Assembly (NCBI RefSeq): GCF_009914755.1
Contig: NC_060928.1
Source: the human T2T-CHM13v2.0 reference genome, Homo sapiens
Direction: 5' to 3' (one strand)
DNA length: 64,000 nucleotides
Below the pieces are notes generated by a model, which worked only from the letters and a program-made list of their open reading frames with translations, was not told the DNA's origin and searched no databases. Position numbers and translations under genes: made by a program. This document shows positions 44,109 to 58,300 of the stretch, one piece after another. Each line of letters starts with the position of its first letter. The stretch's first letter is position 1.

Positions 44109-47100
44109 ATTGGTCTGCACTGATCAGCTGGGTTGTTCTCCTTCTTGTCTTTTCTCTTGTCTATGGATCCCATGGGCCAAGCTCTCTTCAGAAACCTCAG
44201 AGCTCTGACCCTTGCCTCAAGGTACCTCTCAGGCCCCAAGCTCTCTCTGGCCTGAAGGATGCTCCGGCCCAGGTCCAGTACAGGCCCTCTCTGTATTGAA
44301 TCCCCACAGCACCTAAAACCCTGCATGCCCTTCCTTCTGCCTCCTAGGCTCCATTTGAGAAGGAGTTACAGTTACATGGAGCTGGGAGAGGAAAAGGAGA
44401 CACAGAGGTGCACGTTAGGTAGCTGTGGTAGAATATGTGAGGAAAATGATTCTTAGAGCCAGCTAACCTATCATTTAAGTAGGAAGACGGGCAAAAATAT
44501 TTCCAGACCTGAAAACCCTCAGAAATCCTCTTTCTCGAGTATTTTTATGAATAGGTAATGTGAAGATGTCCTCAAGCAAACAAGAGAGTAAAACAAGAAA
44601 GAAGAAAATGTGAGCACTAAGAAAAAGTCAATCCCGGCAGGGAGCACAGTGCGGGGCCGTTCCCGAGTATGAGCGGTGCAGCAGGCCTGGAGAGGAGCCA
44701 GGTCAACCGGAGCACACGCACAGAACTCCAGAAGGGAGGGGGCCGCAGACGAAACAGCGCACGGGAGGGAACGGAAGAACCTAAGGATGGGATCAAAGAG
44801 AGGCAATCTGAGTCCTTCCAGTCAACTTTTATTTGAGATGTGATAGGATCATTCAGGGCCGATCACATCAGGGATCCCACTCAAAATGTACCGTATTTAG
44901 GTTCATATCCCCAGGGCCAAGTTGAAATCAAACCAATCTCTGAATAACGATATAGGATATATGTAAAAGGCCAATGAATGCGATACACTCTGCTCAAATT
45001 CAGACACCTGAGGTCTCAAAATAACTCATTTCAAAACTTGGATTCCCACTTTTGTCCTGCCTCCATTCATTCTACCTAAAGAAAACCAAACTAAAAAATA
45101 GGCTTGTGGTTCCAGTCTAGCTTATAAGAAGTTGCTACTGTTTCCCACCACAAATAAAATGCAGAACAAACTGAAAAATCAACAATTCTATTCTTAGATC
45201 CATAAGAGAAGTGAAGTCACAGGGCAAACCGCTGCCCCCATAATGGAGCAACTGAGCGGAAACCCACAAGCTGAAACCTCTCAGGAACCTGTGTTGGGGA
45301 AGGGAAACCTGAATTGCAACTGATGAATTGCTGGAGGCTCAGTGTGGACAAGTTTGAGAGATATTAATAAATATTCCAGGGGACTGAGTCCCCCTCCAGG
45401 AGCTCAAACAGTTCCTCGCAGTGAATATTGGAGACGAATCCTCTCCTTCTGGCATGGGGAGGAGAAAAGGAACCATTTTGAAATACGCCAGAAAACTGTG
45501 TTCTTAACAATGCCTGCCCTCAGGAGAAACTATTTAACCAGAGCCTAACCTGCTGGGGTTTCATCAGACCCTAACTGACCCAGGGAAAATAAATGCCCAA
45601 CTCCAACCCACTCTAGCCATTCAGTCCACCTGTGCAGGGTGGGAACTGAGACACATCTGTGAAATTCACAGTCCAGAGGCACAGGCTGCCTAAAGAACAG
45701 ATACCTAATTGTGAAATTATAGAACACTTCCCCACCCCAACACCATACCACCACATTACTAAAGGCTAATCGACAGCAGTTCCTTTTAACCAGTGCCTCA
45801 TGTCCAGCTATCAAGAAAAAATTACAAGACATATTGAAAGGCAAAAATGTAGTTTGAAGAGACAGAGAAAGCCTGAGAACCAGCCTAAAATATGTCAGGG
45901 ATGGTGGAATTATTAGGCTGGAAATTTAAAACAACTATTATTAACATGCTTAGGGCTGTAATGGATAAAGTAGACAGCATGCAAGAACAGATGGGCAATG
46001 TAAGCAGAGGGATGGAAATCCCAAGAAAGAACCAAAAATAAATGCTAGAGCTCAAAAGCAGTGTAATCAGAATGAAGAATGCGTCTGATGGCTTATTAGC
46101 AGACTGCACACAGCCGAAAAAGAATCTGTAAACTTGAAGATACCTCAGTAGAAACCTCCCAGACTAAAGAGCAAACAGAAAAAGAAGACTGAAAAAAAAA
46201 ACAAAAAACCAGAACAGAATATCCGAAAAGAGTGGGACATACACAAATGGAAACACCAGAAGGAAAAGAATGAGAGAAAGGAACAGAAGAAATATTTGAA
46301 TAGCAATGATTGAGAATTTCCCCCAAATTGTCTTCAGTCACCAAACCATAGATTGAAAAAGCTCAGGGAACACAAAACAAGATAAATTCCAAAAGAAAAC
46401 TCTACCTAGGCATATCATTTTTAGACTAGAAAATCAGAGGTAAAGAAAAAATATCCTAAAAGAAGCCAGAGAGAAAAAACTTTGCCTATAAAGGAGCAAA
46501 GATAAGAATTATATGTGACTTCTCAGAAACCATGCAGGCAAGTAGAAAGTGGAATGAAATACTTAGCGTGGATGGAAAAAAACACCACAAACCTAGAATT
46601 CTGTGCCCTGTGAAATTATCCTTCAAAAGGTGAGGAGAAATTAAAGCTTTCTCAGACAGACAGAAATTGAGGGAAATTGTTGCCAGTATACATCCTTGGC
46701 CAGAAATGTTAAAAGAAGATCTTCAGAGAGAAGAAAAATGATACAGGTCTGAAACTACCATCTACATAAGTAAAGGAAGAGCATCAAGGAAGGAATAAGT
46801 AAGGGAAAGAAAATTTTTATTTTTCTTGTTCTTAATTATCTAACAACAGTTTGTTCAACATAATAATAGCAACAATGTATTCAATTATATATACATACAG
46901 ATTCCAGAGAAATTAAAAGAATAATCAAGCAATACTTTGAATAACTCTGTGTCCACAGATTTGATAACCTAGATGAAATGGGGATAATTCCTTCAAAGAT
47001 CCAGTCTGCCAAAAGTCATACAACAAGAAACAATCTTAATAGGCCTATACCTCTTGAAGAAATTGAATTAATTAATTAATAACTTTTCAAAATAGAAAGC

Positions 47101-48543
47101 ACCAGGGCCAGATGGGTTTATGAGTGAATTCTACCAAACATTTAATAAGGAAATTATATCACTTCTCTACAAACTCTTTCAAAAGATAGAAGCAGAGGGA
47201 TTACTTCTTAACTCATTTTACGAGGCCTGCATTATTCTAGTACCAAAACCAGACAAAGGTATTAGAAGAAAACTACAGACCAATATTTCTCAAGAATGTG
47301 GTTGCAAAAATCCTAAAATATTAGCAAATCAAATCCAATGTTATATTAAAAGAATTACATACCACAACCAAATCGGAGCTATCCCAGGTATGTAAGACTG
47401 ATTCAACATTTGAAAATCAGTTAATGCAATCCATCACATCAACAAGCAAAGAAGAAAAATCATATGATTATATCAACAGATGCAGAAGAAACATTGGATA
47501 AGATCCAAGACCATTTCATGATAAAGACTCTCAATAAAGTAGGAAAGAGTGAAACTTCCTCAACTTGATAAAGAATATCTACAAAAGACCTACAGCTAAC
47601 ATCATACTAAGTGGTGAGAAACAAGAAGCTTTCCCACTAAGATCAGCAACAAGGCAAGGACATCTCCTCTCTCACTACTGCTTTTCAGCATCATAATGGA
47701 AGTCCCACCTAATGCAATAAGTCAAGAAAAGGAACTAAAAGTATACCAATTGGAAAAAAAGAAATAGAACTGTCTTTGTTCACAGATGACATGATTGTCT
47801 ATGTAGAAAAAAAAAATGACCAAAAAAAAAACTCTCCACAAAGCCCTGGAACTACTAAGTGATTATAGCAAGGTTGCAGAATGCAAAGTTAATGAAAAAT
47901 TCAATCACTTTCCCATTTACTGACAATAAACAAGTGGAATTTCAACTAAAACAATGCAATATCATTTACTTTAGGACCCCTAAAAATGAAATACTTCGTT
48001 AGAAATCTAAAAAAATATGTTCAAGACCTATATGAGGAAGACTAGAAACCTCTGATGAAAAAAACAAGACCAACTGAATAAATGGAGAGACATTTCATGT
48101 TCATGGATAGGAGAACTCAACATTGTCAAGATGTCAGTTCTTTACAACTTGATCTATAAATTCAACATAATCCCAATCAAAATCCAAATAAGTTGTTTTG
48201 TGGATATCCAACAAACTTATTCTAAAGTTTATATGGAGAGGCAAAAGCCCCAGAATTACCAACATAATATTGAAGGAGAGCAAATTTGGAGAACTGACAT
48301 TATGTAAGTTTAAGACCTACTATAAGCTACAGTAACCAAGACAGTGTGGTATTTGTGAAAGAATAAACAAATAGATCAATGGAACAGAAAAGCCCTAAAA
48401 TATACACACATAAATATAGTCAAGTGATCTTTCACAAAGGAGCAATGATAATACAATGGAGAAAAGACAGGTTTTTCAACAAATGCTGCTGGAATGAGTA
48501 GACATACACATGCCAGAAAAAAAAAAAAAAAAAAAAAAAACCT

Positions 48544-48858
48544 GGCCGGGTGCAGTGGCTCATACTTGTAACCCAGCACTTTGGGAGGCTGAGGTGGGTG
48601 GATCACAAGGTCAGGAGTTCAAGACCACCCTGACCGACATGGTGAAACCCTGTCTCTACTAAAAATACAAAAATTAGCTGGGACTGGTGTCATGCACCTG
48701 TAATCCCAGCTACTCAGGAGGCGGAGGCAAGAGAATCACTTGAACCTGGGAGGTGGAGGTTTCAGTGAGCCAAGATCATGCCACTACACTCCAGCCTAGG
48801 TGACAAAGCGAGACTCTGTCTCAAAAAAAACAAAAATGAAAACAAAAACAAACAAAAA
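48544..48858 (+). mobile_element. Alu (AluS-like) inside the host L1
   Basis: Full dimer with AAAAAACCT on both flanks. Confidence 0.93.
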
Positions 48859-49524
48859 ACCTAGACACAGACCTTATACCCTTTACAAAAATTAGTTCAA
48901 ACTACATCACAGAGCTAAATATAAAACACAGAAATGAGTGGCTGAATGGATTAAAAAAAAAAAAAGACCCAACAATCTGTTGCCTACAAGAAACACACTT
49001 CATATATAAAAACACTCAAAGACTGAAAATAAAGGGATGGAAAAAGATATTCCATGCAAATGTAAACCAAAGAAGAGCAGAAGAAGCTATGCTTATGTGA
49101 CACAAAATAGATTTTCAAGACAAAAACTATAAAAAGAGACAAAAGTCATTACATACTGATAAAGGGGTCAATTCAGCAAAAGGATATAACAATTTTAAAT
49201 ATGTATACACCCAACACTGGAGCATCCAGATATATAAAAACAAATATTATTAGAGCTAAAAAGACAAATAGACCTCAATACAATAATATCTAGAGACTTC
49301 GACACCCCACTTTCAGCATTGAATAGATCATCCAGACAGAAAATCAACAAGGAAACATCTGACTTAATCTTCAGTATAGACCAAATGGACCTAATCAATA
49401 TCTACAGAACACTTTATCCAATGGCTGCAGAATACACATTCTTCTCCTCAGCACACGGATCATTCTCAAGGATATGCCAGATGTTAGACCACAAAACAAG
49501 TCTTTAAAAATTAAAAAAAAAATT

Positions 49525-49840
<316 letters not shown>

Positions 49841-52800
49841 TTATATCAAGTATCTTTTCTGACTACAATGGAATAAGACTAGAAATAAATAACAAGAGGA
49901 ATTCTGGAAACTATACAAATACATGGAAATTAAACAATATGCTCCTGAATGACCAGTGAGTCAATGAAGAAATTAAGAAAGAAATTTAAAATTTTTTTGA
50001 AATAAATGATAATGGAAACACAACATGCCAAAACCTATGAGATACAGCAAAAGCAGTACTGAGAGAAAAGTTTACAACGATAAGCACCTATATCAGAAAA
50101 GTAGAAAAAAAATAAATAAACAACCTAATGGTGTATCTTGAAGAACTAGAAAAGCACAAGCAAACCAAACTCAAACTTAGTAGAAGAAAAGAAATCATAA
50201 AGATAAGAACAGAAATGCAGGAAATTGAAATGAAGAAAACAACACAAAAAATCAATGAAATGAAAAGTTGGCTTTTTAAAAAGATGAACAAAATCAACAC
50301 CAACAAACTTTTTTTCAGACTAAGAAAAAAGAGAAGAAATCTAAAATTAAGTCAGAGATGAAAAAGGAGACATTACAACTGATACCACAGAAATTCAAAA
50401 GATCATTAGAGGCTACTGTGAGCAACTACATGCCAATAAATTGGAAAACCTAGAAAAAATGGATAAATTTCTAGACACTTACAAACCACATAATTAAACC
50501 ATAAAAAAAATCCAAAACCTGAACAGATTAATAACAAGCAACAAGAGTGAAGCTGTAATAAAAAATCTCCCAGCAAAGAAAAGCCCTGGACCAGATGGCT
50601 TCACTGCTGAATTTTACCAAACATTTAAAAAAGAACTAATACCAATCCTACTGAAGTATTCCAGAAAATAGAGGATGAGGGAATACTTCCAAACTCATTC
50701 TACAAGGCCAGTTTTACCCTGATACCAAAACCAGATACAGACACTTCAAAAAAAGAAAACTGTAGGCCAAAATTCCTGATGAACATTGATGCAAACAGCC
50801 TTAACAAAATACTAGGAAACCAAATCTGACAATACATTAAAAAGATCATTCATCATGATCAAGTGGGATTTATTCCACAGATGCAAGGATGCAACTAAAG
50901 TAATACATCATATCACAAGAATGAAGGACAGAAACCATGATTGTTTCAACTGATGCTGAAAAAGAATTTGATAAAATTTAACATCTCTTCATAATGAAAA
51001 TTTTCAAAAAAATTGCATATGGAAGGAACATACCTCCACACAGTAAAAGCCATATATGACAGACCCACAGCTAGTATCATACTGAATGGGGAAAAACTGA
51101 AAGGTTTTCCTCTAAGATCTGGAACATGAAAAGGATGCCCACCTTCACTATTGTTATTCAACATAATACTGGAAGTTCTAACTAGAGCAATCAGATAAGA
51201 AAAAGAAATAAAGGCATCCAAATTGGAAAGGAAGAAGTCAAATGATCCTTATTTGCAGATGATATGCTTCCATATTGGAAAAAACCCAAAGACTCCATCA
51301 AAAAATGATTAGAACTGATAAATTTAGTAAAGTTGCAGGATACAAAATCAACATACAAAAACCAGTAGTATTTCTGTATGGCAACAGCAAACAATCTGAA
51401 AAAGTAATCAAGAAAGGAATTCCATTTACAATAGTTACAAATAAAATAAAATACCTAGGAATTAACCAAAGAAATGAAAGCTATCTACAATAAAAACTAT
51501 AAAACACTGATAAAATAAATTGAAGAGGACATGCAAAAGAAGGAAAGGTATTTGATGTTCATGGATTGGAAGAATCAATATTGTTAAAATGTCCACGCTA
51601 CCTAAGCAATCTAGAGATTCAATGCAATCCTTATCAAAATACCAATGACATTCTTCACAGAAATACAAAAAAAAAAATCCTAAAATTTATGAGGAGCCAC
51701 AACAGACTCAGAACAGCCAAAACTATCCTCAGCAAAAAGAACACAACTGGAGGAATCACATTACTTGGCTTCAAATTATACTGCAGAGTTGTACTAACCA
51801 AAATAGCATGGTACTGTCATAAAAGCAGACATTCAGACCAATGGAACAGAAGAGGGAACCCAGAAGCAAATTCATACATCTACAGTGAACTTATTTTCAA
51901 CAAAGATTCCAATAACATACATTGGCAGAAAGGACAGTCTCTTCTATAAATGGTGTGGGAAAACTGGATATCCATATGCAGAAGAATGAAATTAGACCCC
52001 TATCTCTTGCCATATACAAAAATCAAATCAGAATGGATTGAAGACTTAAATCTAAAACCTCCAACTATGAAACTACTTAAAGAAAACATTAGAAAAAATC
52101 CCTGGGACATTGATCAGGGCACGCATTTCTTCAGTAATACCCCACAAGCACAGGTAACCAAAGCAAACATGGACCAATGGGATCACATCAAGTTAGAAAG
52201 CTTCTGCACAGCAAAGGAAACAATCAACAAGGTGAAAAAACAACCCACAAAATGGGAGAAAATATTTGCAAACTTTCCATCTGACAAGTGATTAATAACC
52301 AGCACATATAAGGAGCTCAAATCACTCAATAGGAAAAAATCTAATAACCCAATTTTTTAAATGGGCAAAGGATCTGAACAGACATTCTCAAAAGAAGACA
52401 TACAAATGGCAAACAGGTATATGAAAAGATGCTCAGCATTATTGATAATCAGAGAAATGCAAATCAAAATGGCAATGAGATTATCATCTCACCACAGTTA
52501 AAATGGCTTTTATTGAAAGGACAGGCAATAAAAATGCTGGCGAGGATGTGGAGAAAAGGGAACCCTCATACACTGTTGGTGGGAATGTAAATTAGTACAA
52601 CCACTATGGAGAACAGTTTGAACATTCCTCAAAAACTATAAATAGAATGACCATATGATCCAGCAATCCCACTGCTAGGTATATACCCAAAAGAAAGGAA
52701 ATCAGTATATTGAAGAGATATCTGCACTTCCACGTTTATTGCAGCACTATTTACAATAGCCAAGATTTGGAAGCAACCAAGTGTCCATCAACAGACAAAT

Positions 52801-52866
52801 GGATAAAGAAAATGTGGGACATACACACAATGGAGTACTATTCAGCCATAAAAAAGAATGAGATCC

Positions 52867-53172
<306 letters not shown>

Positions 53173-53779
53173 TCATTTGCAACAACATGGATGGAACTGG
53201 AGGTCATTATGTTAAGTGAATTAAGCCAGGCACAGAAAAACAAAATTTGCATGTTATCACTTATTTGTGGGAGCTAAAAATATTAAAGCAATAGAACTCA
53301 TGGAGATAAAGAGTAGAAAAATGATTACCAGAGGTTGGGAGGGGGATGGAGGGGAAGTGGAGATAGTTAATGGGTAGACAAATGTAGTTAGAATGAATAA
53401 GATCTAGTATTTGATAGCACTATAGGGTGACTACAGTGAACAATAATTTATTGTGCATTTTAAAATAAGGAAAAGAGTTTAATAGGATCGTTTATAACAC
53501 AAAGAAAGGATTAATTCTTTAGGCGATAGATATCCCATTTCCCCTGATGTGATTATTATGCATTGTATGTCTATATCAAAATATCTCAAGAACCTCATCA
53601 ATATATACACCTACTGCATACTTACAAAATTTTGTTTTATTAAAAAAATTAGAAAAACCCCACAAAACTATAAAAGTCCTGCAAGATAACATAGGAGAAA
53701 ATCTAGATGACCTTGGGTTTGATGATGACTTTTAGATATAAAACCAAAGACATAATACAAGAAAAAAAGAATTGATTAG

Positions 53780-54185
<406 letters not shown>

Positions 54186-54449
54186 TGATAAAGGACGGTT
54201 ATACAAATATACAAAGTACTCTTAAAACTCAACAATAAGAAAACAACAACCCAATTAAAAAAATAGACCACAGAACATAATAGACACTTCTGAAGAAGAT
54301 CTACAGATGACAAATAAGCTTATGAAGATATGCTCATCATATGTCATTAGGAAATGCAGCAAGTGCAACTTAAAACAACAATGAGATACCACTACACACC
54401 TATTAGAATGGCCAAAATCCACAACTCTGACAACACCAAATGCTGAATC

Positions 54450-54934
54450 TGTATTAGTCAGGGTTTTGCAGAGAAACAGAACCAATAGATATAAAAGAAG
54501 ATTTACTATATGGACTTGGCTCACACGATTATGGAGGCTGAGAAGTCCCTCTGTCATCTGCAGGCTGGAGACTCAGGAAAGCTGGTGGTGTAATTTACTC
54601 TGAGTTTGAAGGCCTGAGAACAAGGGGAACTATTGATGTAAATCCCAGTCTGAAAATGATATGAGATGTCCTAGATGCAGCAGTGAGGAAGGTAAAAAAG
54701 AGGAGGCAGGGAGCAAATTCCTCCCTCCTCCACCTTTGTTCTGTTTAGGCCCTTAATGGATTGATTGATTGCTGTTGTGGATGACAGCCACAATGGGGAG
54801 GGCAATCAACTAAATCCATGGATAGTCAAATGGTAATCTCATCTGGAAACACCCTGACAGACACACTCAGAAACAATGTTTCATCCAGGTGCCTCTAAAC
54901 CCACTCAAATTGACACATAAAATTAATCTTCACA
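54450..54934 (-). mobile_element. ERV-L 3' LTR (MLT2-like)
   Basis: TGTATTAGTCAGGGTT...AGAGAAACAGAACCAATAG...TTGACACATAAAATTAATCTTCACA; preceded on the minus strand by the polypurine-tract-like GGGGTGGATT. Confidence 0.88.
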
Positions 54935-55706
54935 AATCCACCCCTGTCAACTTGGTACCCATGCATACCTCCCCAATCCATATTAATAAAGACAACAAAA
55001 AGTCTTAATTCTGCCTAACATACCACAACTATCCTGCAAACAATCAAAGGCGCACAAACCTCTTCCCTAGGAAAGGAGGTAAGGTCCTTTAGTGATACTT
55101 AACTCTTCTCCTTCGTATCTCATAACTCAGATACTATGATGTAAAGTTAACAATACTGAAATACTGTGATATAAAATCAGTACATCTAAGGTTACATGAT
55201 AAGGCAGTAAGAAAGGAAGGAAAACAAAGATTATATACACACATATTCATAGCAACATAGGAGAAAATAATCATGACAATTACATTCCTAACTGATCTTG
55301 TAGTCATGGTGGTAGCCAGTATTTTTAACTATGGGTGGAGGAAGGAGGAACCTTCTACTACATATTCTGTATTCCCTTTGCCTTCAGCAAGCTCCTCAGC
55401 TGGTTGTGATTCTTCTTTGGTGTGGTGACCCAAAATTTTATTCCTGAAGGATTTGGGACATTAATAATCCTGGCTGGACTGGGTTTTTGTAATTTAATCA
55501 CAGGATGCAGTAATACTAAGAGATGCCCCACGTGACCTCCTGTATTCCACATATGCTCTTTCTTTGGTTGTGGTTGGTCTACTACAACCAAAGTAGACCA
55601 GCTTTCCCTTGGGAGTCAGGATCAATCACCCCAGCCAACACCATGACTCCCTTTCACGAGGAGACACAACAATGATTCCACTGAACTGGAAGGTAAGACC
55701 AGCCAC
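54935..55706 (-). mobile_element. ERV-L internal 3' fragment including a dUTPase remnant
   Basis: Minus strand from 55653 translates KGVMVLAGVIDPDSQG (dUTPase motif 3, GVIDxDYxG); plus strand 55660-55700 translates GDTTMIPLNWKVR. Confidence 0.8.
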
Positions 55707-56656
55707 AGTAGGAACTCTCATTCATTGCTTATGGGAATGCGAAATGGTACGGCCACTTTGGAAGACAGTTTGGTGGTTTCTTACAAAACTAAACATCCTC
55801 TTCCCATACGATCCAGCAATTATCCCCTTTGGTATTTACCCAAGGAAGCTGAAGTATTATTTCCACACAAAACCTGCATACAGATGTTTATGACAGCTTT
55901 ATTCATAATTGCCAAAACTTGGAAGAAATCAAGATGTCCTTTAGTAATTGAATGGATAAATGAACTGCAGTATATCCAGCCAGTGGAATATGATTCAGCA
56001 GTAAAAAGAAATGAGCTACCAAGCCAGGAAAAGACATAGAAAAGTCTTAAATGTCTATTACTAAGTGAAGGGAGCCAATCTGAAAAGACAACATACTGTA
56101 TGATTCCAACTCTATGACAACCTGGAAAATGCAAATCTATGGAGACAGTAAAAAGTTCAGTGGTTTCCAAGGGTTGCGGGGAGGGAAAGGTGAATAGGCA
56201 GAGCACAGAGGACTTTTAGGGCAGTGAGACTACTCAGTATATCATTACAGTGGCAGAGACATGTCACTATAAATTTGTCCAAACTCATAAAATATGCAAC
56301 ACTAAGAGTGAAACCTAATGTAAACTATGGACTTTGGATGACAAGATGTGTCTGTGTAGGTTGATAATTTGTAACAGATGTACCACTCTGTTGAAGGAGA
56401 TTAATAATGGGTGAGTTGCATGAATGGGGGCACGGGGTAGATGGGAAATCTCTATACCTTCCACTCAGTTTTGGTGTGAACCTAACACTGATCTAAAATA
56501 TAAAGCCTACTAAAAAAAAAAATACACTCACATACATGCACACACACACACACACTCACACACTTTTGGCTAGTGAGGAAAAACTCATGTGTGTGTGTTA
56601 TACAATATATCCCTATCTCTTGATATAAAAAAATAGCTTTCAAAATTTTTGCTTGG

Positions 56657-56800
56657 GGCCTGGTGTGGTGGTGCGTACCTATAGCTCTAGAGCTTTGGGA
56701 GGCTGAGGCAGGAGGATTGCTTAAGGCCAGGAATTTGAGACCAGCTTGGGCAATATAGTGAAGACCCTGTCTTTAAGAGACCTTGTCTCTTAAAAAACTA
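56657..56800 (+). mobile_element. Alu monomer (FLAM-like)
   Basis: GGCCTGGTGTGGTGG...GGAGGATTGCTTAAGGCCAGGAATTTGAGACCAGC. Confidence 0.85.
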
Positions 56801-58109
56801 AAAATTTTTTTTTATTAGTTCAGCTCCCTCATCTGGTAAGTGAAGCAAATAAGAGTACCTTAAAGAATTGTGGAATTAAATGGGTTATATATAGGGAACA
56901 GTGTGTGGGATATGGTAAGCACCATGTAAGAGTTTGGTATTGTAATTAATGAAGGACAGCAATGCTTTATACTACTGGAAAAGCTCCAGTATAAAACTGG
57001 TAATAGGAACAATGTAAATTTGTAACTACCATAGATAATTATATCACTATGCAAATAAAATGTGAAAAAAATTTCCTTAGTTCCTGTAACTTGGTAGTAG
57101 CTGCAACCTCAGTGCTTGCTTTGTTGGCATCTACTTGAAGATTGTGCCAATTAGTGCAAACAGAAAAGTAGCACAATGGATTTAGAGTCATTTTGTTCAA
57201 AATAAGGCAATACTTTCCTATAAAGCACTGTATTTTACTGTAAAAAAATTAAGAAAAATTAAAAGCAAACTGAATATAGATTTAGACCAAAGAGAAAATT
57301 TAAATATTTTTGTGCTGAGAGAACATGATGCCATCTCCTTCTGGGTAGACAATGACAAGGCCCTGAAATCCTGTGAGCATGAAGTTTGCTTGGATAATGA
57401 GATTGTCACTGTGACCTCCTCTTGGCTCAAGGCCTCTTGTTTATTTCTGGTTTTCAGTCATGCTCTTGGCATAGCTCAAATGCTCAAGAATATTTATCAT
57501 CCCTGTTCATGTTTCCAAAGCAGACAGGATTTGCTGTTCCCTGCCATGAGAGGGGAATACAGAGTGAGGACACCTGCTGTGGGGTGGGACGGGGAGGGAG
57601 GCGCCTGGTGTTCCCTGGGCCATGTCTTACTAGGAGATAGATTGTATGTCTCAGGTCACAGGTGTCCCAGACTGTGGTTCTAGTGGGTCTGTGACCATTA
57701 GTCAGCCTGAACCTCCCTTCACATCCTGTCCCCTCTGTGTAAAGTATTCCTCCTCCCTCTATCTTCTCCTTTCTAGCAATTGGGAGGATGAAGGCAGCTT
57801 GAGGTTCTCTGTGGCTGCTGTGTAAGTGGACTAAGTGGGCCCTCAAAGTCTATTTTTCAGAAGGGAGCAGAAAACCCCAAAAGGCTTCATTTCTAAGCTT
57901 CATCCTCCAACACAGTTTCCTGGAAACTCTACTCACCATTAATCGTTTATGCCCTGCTCCACACTTGACCAGCAAAACTCCGATCTAACCTTCCTATTTG
58001 TGAAAGCTCTGGAGGGAAAGAGGAATGAATGGGAGAAGTCAGGGCCTAAACTCCTTCACATGCCTAATGCTTCATGTGCATCAAACCCTACACAAAACAT
58101 TTGGAAGAG

Positions 58110-58300
58110 GGGAAGGAGGGAGGAGGCTTAGTATTTAATGGGTACAGAGGTTTCATTTGAGAAGATGAAGAAAGTTCTAGAGAATGGATGGTACTGATGG
58201 TTGCCAACAATGTGGGTGTACTTAATGCCACTGAACTGTACACTTTAGAAGGGTTACAATGGTAAATTTTATGTTTGTATATATTTTACCACAATTTTGA
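58110..58300 (+). mobile_element. L1 3' end fragment (L1MB-like)
   Basis: TTTAATGGGTACAGAG...GTACTTAATGCCACTGAACTGTACAC...GGTAAATTTTATG. Confidence 0.85.
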
